64,000 nucleotides of DNA from Lytechinus pictus (lineage: Eukaryota): contig NC_087251.1 of assembly GCF_037042905.1 (NCBI RefSeq), positions 46,192,001 to 46,256,000 on the forward strand. Reading direction: 5' to 3'. Numbering within the stretch: position 1 is the first letter of the stretch; each line of letters starts with the position of its first letter. The notes beneath the pieces were generated by a model. The model saw only the letters and a program-made list of their open reading frames with translations. It did no database searches and had not been told where the DNA came from. The translations under genes were made by a program, and so were the position numbers. Below, in pieces: positions 1 through 13,275 of this stretch.

Positions 1-449
1 TTGGCAGGGTTCGCTCAGTTGGCGGCTAACAGAGCTTAATATTTACCACTCAGCTTCAGGCGTTGATCAAAATCGCTCAGTTATAATACGACGACTATAG
101 GTCATCTGATAGACAAGCATTATCTCCATCGTGTGTATTTGAATACAGGATAGATACTGGACGATTAAGCTATTTTGTATATCTATGGTTTTATTCTTGA
201 TATATATTCGTTCATCACACATCGATACGTTGAGTAAGGAAATAAATTTGAGACAACCGAGATTGCCCGATGCATTAGTATAATGCAATATTTTGTGGAC
301 GAATTAAGATGATTTGACAATGTAGAGTGTTGCGATGAATAACTACATGGATGGACAGTGTCAATGGTTGTGACATAAACCTATTGGCAGTACTTTATCT
401 GCATGATTCGGAGGAATGATGTGATTTTTGTTTGAGAAGTCATCATCTC

Positions 450-2504
450 ATGAGGCTTATGTTACCATCTGCCGGTGGAGAAACTGAACATTCCATGTCA
501 TTCCCAACGAAAAACCGGCCTCTTCCCCCTGTCCCTACCCCATCCACTCCAGCATCAAAACCACCACCACCACCCTCATCCAAGGAATGGTCCCCGCTAG
601 CTTCAGTGCCTGCCAGCAGCATGGGGTCACCGCAGCAGCCTCCGCCAGGTCTAATATCGGACGCCCAGTTTGAAATCAACCAGAATGTGGTGCGTCCAAC
701 CACTGTGGACGGAGCCATGGATTGGATTAACCGTCATAAGCCACAGATAGACCAGTTCTTGAACCTCTTGGAACAGTATCCTCAGCTGGTACAATCGGAC
801 AAAATAAACTCGGAGAAGAACCCCCTTCCCCCTATCAAAAGGTCTTTCAGTGAATCTGCTGCCTTCCCGCCTAAACAGCAAGATAGTAAGTTGCAAAGGC
901 AGAGTCGTCTCGGTGGCATAGTTGGACGCAGAAGGCATGTTAGCGGGGAGACCAATGGGAATAAACCCTCGACAATTAAGGGGGATGAAAACATGAGACG
1001 AGATGACCTAATTGCGGGAGAGCGATATATCTATGTCTGCGATGTGCTTTCAGAAAGCGAGAATTCATCAAATCAGTCAGATAATGCAATCCCATCAACC
1101 TCTTTACCATCGGCTCGAGAGAAAATCGTCACCGCGTTATCATCTTACTGTTTCGTGCGTACAGGCCCTGATAGACTTCACAGCGAGTCTGAATTCGTTG
1201 AATTAACTCACACAATAGCACATGCCGATGCTTTTATTTTGCTAATGAACAGTCGTGTCCTGGCAAGTGGAACGTGTTATCATCAGCTAGCAGTAGCAGC
1301 ATCGTACGGTGTACCTATCATATCTGTCCGGGAATCGGGCTTCAAACTCAACGAGCCAATGCCACCAGAGTTGCAGGACATCGAGATCATTCCCCGTTGT
1401 ATCAGGACGACGATTTCGGAATCACAAGGTATCCAAACCGATGTCATCCAAGCAAGGGTAACATCAAGGGACAATACCGATCTTCACGAATCACAGTCAA
1501 GTGGATTTCATTCTGACACCGACGGAGAAGACAGCGCACATCCGAATCTTTCGGATTTGATCACCAACTGCTACAACGACTCTCTCATTTACGTTCCAAA
1601 CTTCCACAACTCCTGCATATCAAAACTACTTGGAAAGCTTTCCGAATACCTCGGTGAGGCGTACTTAGACTATGAAGTAAGTCGCCAGGTCAACGGCGAG
1701 GAGACTGCCTTGATAAATGATCGGATGACGATACCTCAGATTGGAAAAACTGCAAAGACGATAGAGATCCCCGCTCTTAATTTACTTTCCAAGTCGACCC
1801 GGACCTCTGCTGGGGAAAATGAAATAGAAATGCCGTTGAAAGGGGATGTTTCAAATCTTCCTGGGACACCAATGTCAACTGACTGTTCGACTGGCACGCC
1901 AAATTCCCTCACAAAACTTCCGCCAATTACAAAGGCTACTGCAACAACTGGAAAATCAAACGTTGCAACCACTAACACGCAACAGAAAACTGAAATATCC
2001 GACATCAGGACTAGTTCAGATCGACTTTCTCTCGACGAGTCAATGGATGCTCGTGAGAGTCAGTACACAGGACGATCTAGCACTCTGGATTCTGACTGGG
2101 ACAGTACCCCAGATCCCGCCTCGTTCATGGAAACCAACTACATAGTCTTCCCGTCCAGCGACATGGGCTTCGAAAAACGACCACCGTTCACGGTCAACTT
2201 CCCTCGGGACATGTCATCTATCGATCGTCGGCGGAGCTCGACGTCGACCGACGAGTACGGCTTCAACCACGTGCAACTCGACTTCAAGTACGACATCATT
2301 GCTCCTTCTCCAATCGGTTTCTCGTTCTTCGACGAGGAGGAAGAGGAGAAGGCGAAGAAGCCAGCTCCGAAGAAAGAACCCAAACCCCGTGTTAAGAAGC
2401 CTCCTAAACCCATACAAGTCAAAGTAAGAAATAATCGACCAGTGAAAGAACAGCAACTCGTCAAAATGGCGACAATATCCATTAAGTATGGAATGCCTGT
2501 CTAG
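450..2504 (+). CDS. Uncharacterised ~684-aa protein: Pro-rich N-terminus, central TIR-like alpha/beta domain (~nt 1020-1650), Ser/Thr-rich disordered region, acidic then Lys/Pro-rich C-terminus
   Basis: 2-kb stop-free frame, clearly more GC-rich than its flanks. In-frame TGA at 417-419, first ATG at 450 (alternatives 459, 495), stop TAG at 2502-2504. The segment IAHADAFILLMNSRVLASGTCYHQLAVAASYGVPIISV fits the betaC-alphaC-betaD pattern of TIR_2/SARM-type domains. Could be a single-exon gene or a large last exon. Confidence 0.85.
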   Translation: MRLMLPSAGGETEHSMSFPTKNRPLPPVPTPSTPASKPPPPPSSKEWSPLASVPASSMGSPQQPPPGLISDAQFEINQNVVRPTTVDGAMDWINRHKPQIDQFLNLLEQYPQLVQSDKINSEKNPLPPIKRSFSESAAFPPKQQDSKLQRQSRLGGIVGRRRHVSGETNGNKPSTIKGDENMRRDDLIAGERYIYVCDVLSESENSSNQSDNAIPSTSLPSAREKIVTALSSYCFVRTGPDRLHSESEFVELTHTIAHADAFILLMNSRVLASGTCYHQLAVAASYGVPIISVRESGFKLNEPMPPELQDIEIIPRCIRTTISESQGIQTDVIQARVTSRDNTDLHESQSSGFHSDTDGEDSAHPNLSDLITNCYNDSLIYVPNFHNSCISKLLGKLSEYLGEAYLDYEVSRQVNGEETALINDRMTIPQIGKTAKTIEIPALNLLSKSTRTSAGENEIEMPLKGDVSNLPGTPMSTDCSTGTPNSLTKLPPITKATATTGKSNVATTNTQQKTEISDIRTSSDRLSLDESMDARESQYTGRSSTLDSDWDSTPDPASFMETNYIVFPSSDMGFEKRPPFTVNFPRDMSSIDRRRSSTSTDEYGFNHVQLDFKYDIIAPSPIGFSFFDEEEEEKAKKPAPKKEPKPRVKKPPKPIQVKVRNNRPVKEQQLVKMATISIKYGMPV

Positions 2505-4424
2505 TGTTTCAATGCATGGTCTAATTTCATTTGTAGTGGATTATATGACAATATTGTGCTGGATATTTTCACTGATTATTTTCATGATTCTTGGTATTGA
2601 GCATTTTTTGTACTATGTAGTGAAAAAGAAGAAAACATACTGCTGATATTTTAACGGCGATAACCGTCTATTTTGTTGCATGATTTCAAAGTCAGTTTAT
2701 AGCACTGCATGTGCCTACATATTTCATATATTTGGCAAATTGTTACGATTATGTCATGTAAGCAGTCGTCAGTTTCAAACTAAAACGGGGAGGGGGGCTA
2801 TCCCAAAAGCAAATTAATGTTGGTCTGGTAATCGCCTTTGATTTATATGAGCTTAACTACTTCCGCAATGCACTGGCAGAAATAAATAAAAAAAGTAGTA
2901 AAGGTAGGGGCTACATTCGAAAGAAGACACAATATTTTCATCGAATTTTTATTACCATGATAACTGAAGTTCAGTACATGAACTGGCTGCATATTGTTTT
3001 ATGTATCGAATATTTCAAAATGTTTATCAGATTTGACGTTTTTATGGCATTTGTTTCCCCCACTGGTTTACCATTTTTGTTTATTTTTCTCTAAGTCATG
3101 CATGCTTTCTTATCAGTTGAACTTTTAACGTACCCCAATTAAAATTTGTTTTAATATACATCATATATATAAGGTTGCCAGAATACAATTTCAAATCACA
3201 ATGATGGTAGTAGACAACCATTTTTAAAGAAAATTAATCAAGCTATAAAGATATTTTGTTTTCGATTGACCAAGACCATGAAGACCGTTTCTATGATACC
3301 TAACCTCGATTCCAAACAACGAAACTCTTTCGATGTTTGTACTACCAATCAAGGAAGTTCGGTTAAGTAATTAAAGTCAATTGCTAGGAAATTTGTTTCT
3401 AGGGTAAATAAATACTCTCACACAAGACATGCATGCTAGACATTGTTCAGTATATTCATTTCGCTGACATTGCATATGTTGATGACAGAATATAATTATG
3501 TTTAGTTTGATATACATGTTTGTTTTCCGTTGGAAATAAGAAATTTAGAGAATCCTATAAATCGATTTAATGAAAAACGTTCAGAATTTTCATAATAAGT
3601 AACTTGAGAAAGTATAATATATTTAATTCTGTAACACACTCCTCATAATCTTTTTGGTCATACATGGTTTCGGGCATTTTTTTGTATAAATAATGGAAGT
3701 GAATCCAAATACTATAAGAGAATAAACAAATCAAGTAGAATTTCTAAAAGTTGTTCAGCATAGGATGTTTTCTTTTCAGTCGTACAAAAGTGCCATATTC
3801 GTATATCAAACAGATTCACACTACATGCGTGAACAAAACTGAGCGATTTAATCCAATGACTTTGAATGATAAATCCTTTAAGTCATTTCCTCTAAACTTT
3901 CAGACACACATGTTTAATCTCTCTAGATTGAGAAAATGGATCTAAAATTTGATTTTTCCAACCCGGAAATTATACACTCTAAATTGCATGGATAGAAAAT
4001 AAATACGCAGTATACTGGACCAGTCACACCATGGAAACTGACTACAAACCGACCGATGACATGCTATTCGAAATAACGTAATGTATGTGATCGTTTTGGA
4101 TTTGGTTTGGTCGATGTAACTGTAGCATATGTGTGAGTGTATTTCCATCATTGAATTATACCATTGATATTAAGAATCAAACTGCCCCATTCACGCCGAC
4201 AACGCTCACTCCAGAGCGATCAAACACATTACGTTATTTCGAATGGCGTGTTATCGGTCAGTTTGGAGCCGGTTCTGTTGATGTGACTATACATAACATT
4301 ACCCTGTTTTTGGTTATAATCAAATCAAATGAATGCTCGAACCAGCCGTATAAATGTCACTTTAAGTTATTGGATTTTATTGAAGACTCCCTTTATCAGA
4401 AGAAAACATCTTTATTGTATGTAT

Positions 4425-4465
4425 ATTATATATATATATACATACAATATATATATTATATGTAT

Positions 4466-4503
<38 letters not shown>
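4425..4503. repeat. Imperfect (TA)n microsatellite
   Basis: Visible TA run with a few interruptions. Confidence 0.9.
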
Positions 4504-4504
<1 letters not shown>

Positions 4505-6984
4505 CAAGTATACTCAACAATTGAACAATAAATCAGATATTGATATATAAGCGACCTAAATTTAATCATTTCTGCGACATATCAATTTCAATTACAGAGA
4601 TAATGTGATAGGTACGTTTTGTTCCTGCTTTTATTTCAATATTCTTTCAAAGAGCATGCACCTAAAACGAGTGCCTTACCTGTCTTATTTCATCTTAAGC
4701 GTGGTCATTATAATTATTTACAGCATGGAATTCAGCGTATATTATTTACACAGTTCTGTGTTTCATAACGTTGATACTTTCTATCATATATTTCAATAAG
4801 TATTGTTTGTTTGCTTATTTTATTAATTTGCCAACAATTGTTGAGTACAGATTCCATTTTGCGGTATACTGTAATGTTGGAAATATATACTTCGAGCTGT
4901 AGCCTGATTTTGTTACATTGTTTCGAATAAAATTATTGACATGCCAAATAACGAAATTTGTACTTGTAATTTTGTATTGTGCTGCATTATTGATTTGATT
5001 CTTACAAACACGATAATAATTTATCTGTCATTTAATGTATACATATATAAACAACATTAAAAATGACATAGAACATACATTGGAAATAAATAGTATGCAT
5101 GTGAGCCAAATTAACTATAAGTGCGTATGGCCAAGTGGAATGGAATTTTAGTGACATTTGCTTGTAATCTGTAATCCTATATCTTCCTCTCACGTTTACC
5201 CAATAATGGGTAAAATGGGAACATGCATGTTGGTTGGGTAAAAAGATATCTAATATTTTGTCAGTTTTACGCATTGCATTGAAATAGCACAATATGGGGT
5301 TAAAAAAAATACCCAGCAAACATGCATGTTCCCTTTCTGGCCAATATTGGGTAAAATTCTACTCATTGTTTTTAGAGTGTATCGATTCCCCCTTTTTAAC
5401 CCAAATGACAACCTGAATCGATTATTTGTTTCCACTTCGTTTCCTCGCATCCTTCACATATTGGCACCTTAAAGACCGGGGCAGGAATTGAAAAATTGCA
5501 CATGCAAGTGTAGAATTATATCGAGGCCATTCATATTAAGACGAGAACCAAAGCTTTAATCTCATTGAGTGGAATTGAATTGAATTAACTTTGGTGTATG
5601 GTGGTGTGCGTGTGTATAGACATATAACAACTTGTGTGTGCGCGTGTGTATGATGTGAGTGCGTATGTGCGATGTGCACTGTGAGTGCAGATGAGAGTGT
5701 CGGTGTGTGTGGATGAATGAACTTGCATTCAAGCAACTGCTGGTGCATTTACCGTGTTATTTTGCACGAAGCAATCTCGTTTTCCCTGCAATTTTATGCA
5801 ACAATGCGATGCTTGATAACTATAAAATTGCCATCATTCATTTACATACCACTCGAAATGTTTTGATCATGGAAAAAAATCCCTCAATCGATTACATATA
5901 TTGTATCATATTTTTGTTTTACCATTTAAACATAATTATGTAATAGAATAGTATTTATTTTACATAAAATACTAAATGGATGGATAGCCCACATTTAGCT
6001 TTGTCAACATGACAATAACTCCGTAAATCATTAAAATGACAAAAACACATTATCATTTCAAAAAACTCTAAATCATTAAAATTCTGACTGTCATGCATGT
6101 AGTCACACTGAATAACTTGATGTAAAATGTAATGATTCCATGAGTAATTGTTGATTTCACTCTACATGTATATAATGTATTCTGTTTTTACTTTAGTATA
6201 TGTAACATACATTGAATTGCTATGATGTTGAGTTATTTTGTTAAACTGCAGGGCGCCTTTGGAAAGCTTTTTTTGCATAACCGAACAGGCCTACCATGCA
6301 GTATAAAATAAATACAACCAATAAATAAATAAATAATAAATAGATACTTTAAGGGGTTAGAAGGTAATTGGCGGCGGTGAAGGAAAAAAAATTATCACTT
6401 TCGAAACAATCTGGAATAAGTTTATCTAACAAAAAAATAGCACCAGTGTGTTACATACAGACGGCCAGATTGTAAAAAAATGGTGTGTTAACCTACCGAC
6501 GCTGAAAACAGGCTCAACTCTATCGCGTTATACACCTTTAACCATGCTCGCACTTACTAGACTATAGTGGTCAAGACCGAAAGGAAAGAGAAGATAAGCA
6601 AAGAGAGGGAGAAAGAGAAACAAAATCGTATAGTAGTTATAAAGAGTAAGTAGAGAATAAGGAAATAATAAGGAAAGAATAAGAGAAGATAAGAGAGAGG
6701 GACAGTGTGGATATGTGTGTATGTGAGTATGCGTTTCCATAAAAAAAAACAGTGGGCACGGTTTGGAGATACAAAGAGACGCGAGGAAGAGAAGAAAGAA
6801 TTTGTGGCTAAGACTAGGCAGGGAAAATGAATGTAGAAATAAAAGAGAAGACTAGAGAAAGAGAGAAATACCATATTATGACATCAGTACTGATAACTCT
6901 GCTATGTTATGTCATTGGTATGTAGTAAGCAGTATAACTGTGTATAATTTTTTAATTAAGGTTAAAGAGCAAGGTATACCGGAT

Positions 6985-8040
6985 ATAGTGCTATCTTCAT
7001 CTGATATGAAACTTGTAAGATATTATTTTAAACACTATCACAGGAAACAAGTTACTCATGATTAAAGCAGATATGAACGTCCATTCCAACCACATACTAA
7101 TCAAATATGAGAAGTTTTTATTTGGCATACAGCAAACAGTGATAGGCAGTGTTATTGGAATTGTTGTTTTATCCATGACGGTGAAAGGGCAAGGTATAAG
7201 AATCTTGTTATTTTCCATTAAGGCTAAAAAGATTAAAGATAATGTATTTTCTCACAATATTTTACGATAGGTCAGATTAATGCAATTTCCATTATTAATA
7301 AAGTTCTATGTTGGTTATGCCAGATCTAGTGCTATCTTCATTAGATATGAAACTCGTAAGATGGTGATATTGTTTACATGATCACAATGATTAAAGCAGA
7401 TATGGACGTCAAACCACAAACTAATGAAATATGAGTGATGTGGCATGCAGCAAGCAGTATTACGCAGTGTTATTGGAGTGTTGTTTTAATTCATGACGGG
7501 AAAGGGCAAGGTATTTTGAAAGTATTTTTTTACATTAAGGTTTAAGGGACAAGAAAACGTATTCTCCGGTTCGATTCGATATAAAATAACCATTTCACTT
7601 TACTGCACATAATATAGATCCACTTCACAAGCTGCGAGTGAATGATATACGCAAAATATCGATCTCTTTGAAATCATTATATCTATTTATTTTAGGTCAG
7701 AGAAAATATGGTCCTTTGTCTTGAATGAAAATAATATGATATGTCAAATAAATGCAATATCCACTATCAATAAAGGTTTGTGTTCACTCTAAATTGGAAG
7801 GATTTAAAATAAAATCCAGGTGGATGTAGTTAGGAACCAATCGAATTTAGTTTTAATCCTAAAGATTCATTTTTAAACCGCCAAGGATTCAATTTAAAAT
7901 CTCACGTGATTTAAAAATAATTGTTATACAGGATATACTGTTATCTTCATCAAATATGAAACTCGTGAAATGGTGATATTGTTTACATCACTGTTGATAG
8001 ATACAATCACAAAAATATTTTACACGTGATTAAAGCTGAT
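6985..8040 (+). repeat. Degenerate local tandem duplication, ~340-bp unit, two full copies and one partial
   Basis: TGYTATCTTCAT..ATATGAAACTYGT recurs near 6989, 7330 and 7939. TGATTAAAGC and GCAGTGTTATTGGA..TGTTGTTTT..CATGACGG..AAAGGGCAAGGTAT are shared downstream. Confidence 0.75.
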
Positions 8041-8160
8041 CCTCAACTACTCAATTATGTCTAGGTTTCCGTATCCATAATGTAATATGCTGATCCTAGT
8101 TGTATTGTAATAACATATATCACACTAATGACTCAATACATCCATCTATTCCTATGCGCA

Positions 8161-8389
8161 TTGTTGTTGTTATTATTATTACCCCGGCTTTAGCTCGAGC
8201 TGCCCTTCAACGCTCGTGCATTCAAGGAATTAATCCTGTCGGGTATACCCATTCACCTCACCTGGGTCGAGTGCAGCACAGTGTGGATAAATTTCTTGCT
8301 GAAGGAAAACACGCCATGGCTAGGATTCGAACCTCCGACCCTCTGTTTTAAAGGCGAGGGTCAGAACCACTATAGACCACAACGCGCCC
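8161..8389 (-). mobile_element. tRNA-derived SINE
   Basis: Reverse complement starts GGGCGCGTTGTGGTCTATAGTGG (A box), has GGTTCGAATCC (B box) and ends in (AAT)n/(AAC)n. The body matches the copies at 29771 and 27170. Confidence 0.85.
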
Positions 8390-8508
8390 ACAACATTAGA
8401 TTGTCAATGAGATACCCACGCACAGTGTTTGTTAGTTTGCTCTGCATTAAAAAACAGAAAAAAGATAAGGATAACATTAGAAATATGTCTTTTTCATCTT
8501 TAAAGTAA

Positions 8509-8752
8509 AGAGTACGGAAGCGATGACGTCAGTCGCCATGGTGTCATGGCGGCCTGGTTCTAAACAAATGAACCAGCCGAATGAAAACGTGTGTAGGAGA
8601 AAATAGCTGCTATCGGGATTTGCAACCTACATTTTCAGACTAGCCAAAGTCATTTGCAAATACAAATGTGTACAGACGATCGTCCGCTGCGACTCTGTTT
8701 AGAACCAGCCCACCATGACACCATGGCAACTGACGTCACACTTCGGTACTCT
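8509..8752. mobile_element. MITE with ~55-bp terminal inverted repeats
   Basis: Left end AGAGTACGGAAGCGATGACGTCAGTCGCCATGGTGTCATGG..CTGGTTCTAAACA pairs with right end TGTTTAGAACCAG..CCATGACACCATGGCAACTGACGTCACACTTCGGTACTCT. Confidence 0.85.
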
Positions 8753-11700
8753 ATATATTAACACCCCTCCCTTGGAGTGTTAAAACTAACACCATATGAT
8801 CACGCCCCGAGGTGTTTAAATGGTTACACCCTATAAATTTGCCATAACACCAAAGTGTGTAAAAGTAACAACGAAAGGTGTTGTAATAACACACATGGGT
8901 ATTGAACTAACACTGTAAATTAAATGTCAGATTAAGATGACTGGTGTAGTGTTATACACCGGTGATGCCGGATAGCAACATAGTTTTTGCTATATTGGAT
9001 GCATTATTATGCACGACGGAGCACAAAGCTGCTTATCCATTTTCATGGTATGATGGTGATAATGGTAATGCATGCCCGAAAGGTCGGGGGACCGATAGAC
9101 CCAATTCTGTCGCATATAGTCAGGAAAATGCTGTCCATGGCATAAATATGCCTGATTATGTCGCAAAATGTTTGTGACAGTTCGGGCAAAAGTTACAAAG
9201 TAGAACTGAAACACGAATGGATAATTCCGTTCACACACCGTCCAATCTTTTGAGATTTATTTTGCATGAAGATTATACAGCTCGGCGATGGAGAAAACCC
9301 CATTAGAAAACGATATCATGATGCATTATCTATACATGATGGATACAGGTGACTATTATATTCCTAGACCCATAATTGATCGGGTGTCCTTGATGCTTAT
9401 ACTGAAACCTCGAAGCTTCTGCTGCCCTGGTAGACCGAGTTCGCTTAATAGACAATTGTTAGAGGAAGCATAGATTTTCTTGTAGAACTTCACACGAACA
9501 TTTTAAAATAAAACTTTTTTATTTTCTGTACTCATCTTTTGATATTTCTTAAAAATACCCGCTCTTGTATCGTGTCAATATGATAAATCGATGTGCATCG
9601 TATGAATTATCAGAAAATCAATATCAGACCATATTTTCGCGTATTGCAGAAGCTTGTGCAATAGATTGGACGTATTTATCCTCGCTCCAGTAACGAGGAA
9701 TTGACATTAATGTACATATTCACAAACAAAAAATATGAAAGAATAATTTTGAAAGGCATTTTTTTTTTATCCATCTCAGTACTTATGTTCATCATTTGCA
9801 CCTGTTTTTTAAGAAAGCAATTTACTTTATAATGTCCATTCTTTAATTTTTTCTTTATCGGAATTTTACAAAATGTTCTTATTATATAGAATCTTATTTT
9901 TTTTTAAAGATAAGTTTTTTGAGAAGTGGTTGAATATATCTATATATTTTAGCATGAAGATTCGATATTAAAATATGAGTGATAACAAGAGTTTTTACTT
10001 TTTTCATTGTGAATGAATGTACAAGTGGATGTGTGTGGGTTTGTGTGGGACGGGTTTTTCATTTGTTGATGTTGATGGGGCTATATGATCATTGTGCACA
10101 ACGTTGTATGAGGATGTGTGTGAATATTTGCGAGTGCGTGGGTGTGGGGGTGTGTGCGAGTGTGTGATAATCAAAATTCATGCAGATCAAACGAGAGATG
10201 TGCAGATACATGGAACAAAATAGAAAAAGAGAAGTGAAAATTGACACCGCTAGATGATTTATTAATGGTTCCCATCGCCGAGACAGCTCTCTCGCGAGAG
10301 AGGAATATTATCATATTTGCACATAATTCCAATGGACAGGCCCTCGCTGCATTCGTGTGTTACTGATTTGTAAATTTCTGGTTTTGTTTAATGGATTAAT
10401 TGGGTCTCCAATATAGAATGGCATGCATAGATACATGTAGTTTGTAAAAAGCTTATTGCAATGGTAGAGAGTATATAGAGACGGAAGTGGGGCGGGGTGG
10501 GGGTCAAGTGTATTAAACGCTGAATGAATCTCAACAAGTTTCACCTTCCCGATCTCACTCATCCATCTCGAATGCGAAGTGTATCAGCCCCTATGAAGTA
10601 GGAATGTCGAATTTTATATCAATACATCAGGCACATTTAAGGTTTTAGTCTGTCGGCAACCAAGCAGATAAGAAACTTGCTTATCAGCCATTACTTATGA
10701 ACATCGAGAGCACTTACTTTCCTTTTCACTGGCGTGGAAAATGGGGGGGGGGGCGTGGGGAGCTTGCCCTTAAACGTTTTCGACCAAGAAAAAAAAACAA
10801 AATTTAAAAGAATGAAAGGGGAGATGGAAGGGAAGAGCGTAAAATATCATATTATTTTCTTGAACATAATAACTCTGTCAAAGTATTTTGTCCCTGTATT
10901 GCTCTAGCACAACTATTCATATTTCCCCGTACGCCATTTCCTTCTACTCATTTTCTATTTAACTAACTTCGCCACCTAACCGTCCTCTTTCAATTATTGC
11001 ACTTCATAATAAATGCATTATCATATTTCATCTTTAGTTGTATTGAACGGGCTTCTGAAAGGGACAATTCAACAAAAAAAGGTCTTTACTCCCATCTAAG
11101 ACAGTGAACAGTATGTCAGCTCTATTAAAATATTGGGCAATAGGGTCTAGTTTCCTTTTCGGCATCCAATTGACAGTGAATTTAAATCTAAACCTACATG
11201 ACACTATCTCAAATTAATATTTTTGTTCTTTAATTGATTGGTATAAATACGTGATACGTTGTTCAGTTCATTTTTAGGTAAATAATTGTATGTGAATCAT
11301 CGGTTTGTAAGTGCTCTCATGATTATATTAAACTATCTTGATTATTTTTTTTTTGAAAAATGATTCAGAATTGTATAATAAAATCCTGCATTTTCAGTCT
11401 AAGAGTATGAGATGAGCATTCATTTCCCGAAGCATTTAGTGATTTTCACTACCTATTTTGCTATAAGCCAATCAGATGCATGAATTTCAGAAGCTTATAA
11501 CAAATATAGTCAGTTAGTGAAATGCTCCCAGGCACCCATGTTGCGAAAACTGGAATATTTGCTAGGGGTTGGATGAAACTCCAATCCTTCTGGTATTGTA
11601 AGGCCGGGAAAAGCGATGTTGCTCGGGAAAATAAAATTCCACAAATTACTCCAGCCTTGAACTAATAAATATGTTTTATTTGAAACCTTTAATTTTATTT

Positions 11701-11984
11701 TTATTGATGCACGTCTACGATCTTACAGTAGAAATTTACCCGATTATTGTAATGTAAAAATGATGATGAAGCAGACATAATGATAATGATATATGATCAC
11801 GTTCGAATTGTTTATAACAAGGCGCCCCATGCACAACAGGATATGCCCAAGGCGCATTTCGAGGATATTCATTTACGATCTTTTTGATTAAGGCGCGATA
11901 TTCTTATGAAATGGATGGTTTAAAATTGGAGCGAACTACGCAAATATCGCAATGTGATAGCACACACACACACACGCACGTATA

Positions 11985-12016
<32 letters not shown>

Positions 12017-12178
12017 CACTGTAACAAATGAAGTGCTAATTTAGCACTTACAGTGCTTGTAAAGTGATTGCACTACGAGTGTTGATTTTCTAGTTTAAAT
12101 TTGAACTAGAGAATCAGCACTAGTAGTGCAGTCCCTATACAAGCACTGTAAGTGCTAAATTAGCACTTTTTTACAGTG
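12017..12178. mobile_element. Fully palindromic MITE (CACTGT..ACAGTG termini, TA flanks; CACTA/EnSpm-like)
   Basis: Near-perfect hairpin centred on CTAGTTTAAATTTGAACTAG, with TA on both sides. Related to 13686-13853. Confidence 0.85.
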
Positions 12179-12183
12179 TATAT

Positions 12184-12190
<7 letters not shown>

Positions 12191-12273
<83 letters not shown>
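12191..12273. repeat. Perfect (TA)n microsatellite, ~41 units
   Basis: Directly visible. It produces the spurious YIYIYI ORFs. Confidence 0.97.
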
Positions 12274-12276
<3 letters not shown>

Positions 12277-12389
12277 TATATAATATATATACAGACACAG
12301 AGGGATGGAGTGTCGGCATACTATCCAACGGAGGTTTTCCGAATGACATATCGTCTGCCGGTTTGGATCGGTTAGCCGATGTGACTTTA

Positions 12390-12650
12390 CTGTTTGTTTT
12401 TGTTTGTTTGTTTGTTTTATTTTTATTTCTGCGTTCACAATACATTATCACAAATATTTACAATGTTTGTAATATACAAAATAATTCATAATGCATACAA
12501 TATAAACATAATACATAATTTAAAGGAAAAAATGGTGTGGGCATATACTTCACATTTTAATAATAAAAAGGAACATTAACAAAATTTAATAAAGGCAGGA
12601 GACCGCCATCGTGAGCGGTTAAGCTTGTAATTGATGGCGGCCTCATACTG
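12390..12650 (-). mobile_element. LINE 3'-tail remnant
   Basis: Hairpin GAGACCGCCATC..GATGGCGGCCTC with an AAGCTTGT loop, an AT-rich stretch, then AATAAA and an (AAAC)n tail on the minus strand. Same layout as the 3' end at 14461-14587. Confidence 0.5.
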
Positions 12651-13113
12651 TGGTATAGAGAAAGTTTGTAATTCTTACTGTCCCTATATCGTCAAGAGAG
12701 TAGCAGTCATGTGTAATCTTCTGAAACCAACGGCTAATATTTCCCCCCAGAGATAGGTATCTGAACACTCTAATTGCAGGAATGGTCAAATTTCATACCC
12801 AATGAAAACCAAATGAACGAGATTATAACACACCACAGGCATTTGATCATCATTGCCTTCCGTACAAGCAAACTGCTCTTCCTTACTGAACCGTTAGGAA
12901 GGTCAAGGGTGTCTTTTTTTCATCAGTTCGTCAACCAATAGGTTTCAAGGTCGGAAGGAATTATTCATTTCAAGTAAGTAATTATCAGATATCGTTTTTT
13001 ATTCGTCTGCCATATCTGGCGAGAAATAACTCTTTTGTTTACTTCCTAAGAGGATGACAATATTTTCATAGCACGGGTGATGCTTCGGGATATCAGGAAA
13101 GACTCCCTCCTTA

Positions 13114-13275
13114 TACCTCGGTCACATTTGCCCTATACGGCGGCCGTACGGCGAGTCGAAAACAGCTGTTTTATTCATTTTTATTCAAACCACCTATATT
13201 TAGCTGGTACAAAAAATGTTAAAATGGCTGTTTTCGACTCGCCGTACGGCCGCCGTATAAAATATGACCGAGGTA
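13114..13275. mobile_element. Palindromic MITE with TTA TSD (PIF/Harbinger-like)
   Basis: TIR TACCTCGGTCA..TGACCGAGGTA, internal inverted repeat TATACGGCGGCCGTACGGCGAGTCGAAAACAGC, and TTA at 13111-13113 and 13276-13278. Confidence 0.85.

Noticed and set aside
443..2482. Antisense and alternative-frame ORFs within the first gene
   Set aside because: Shadow ORFs of a GC-richer coding sequence.
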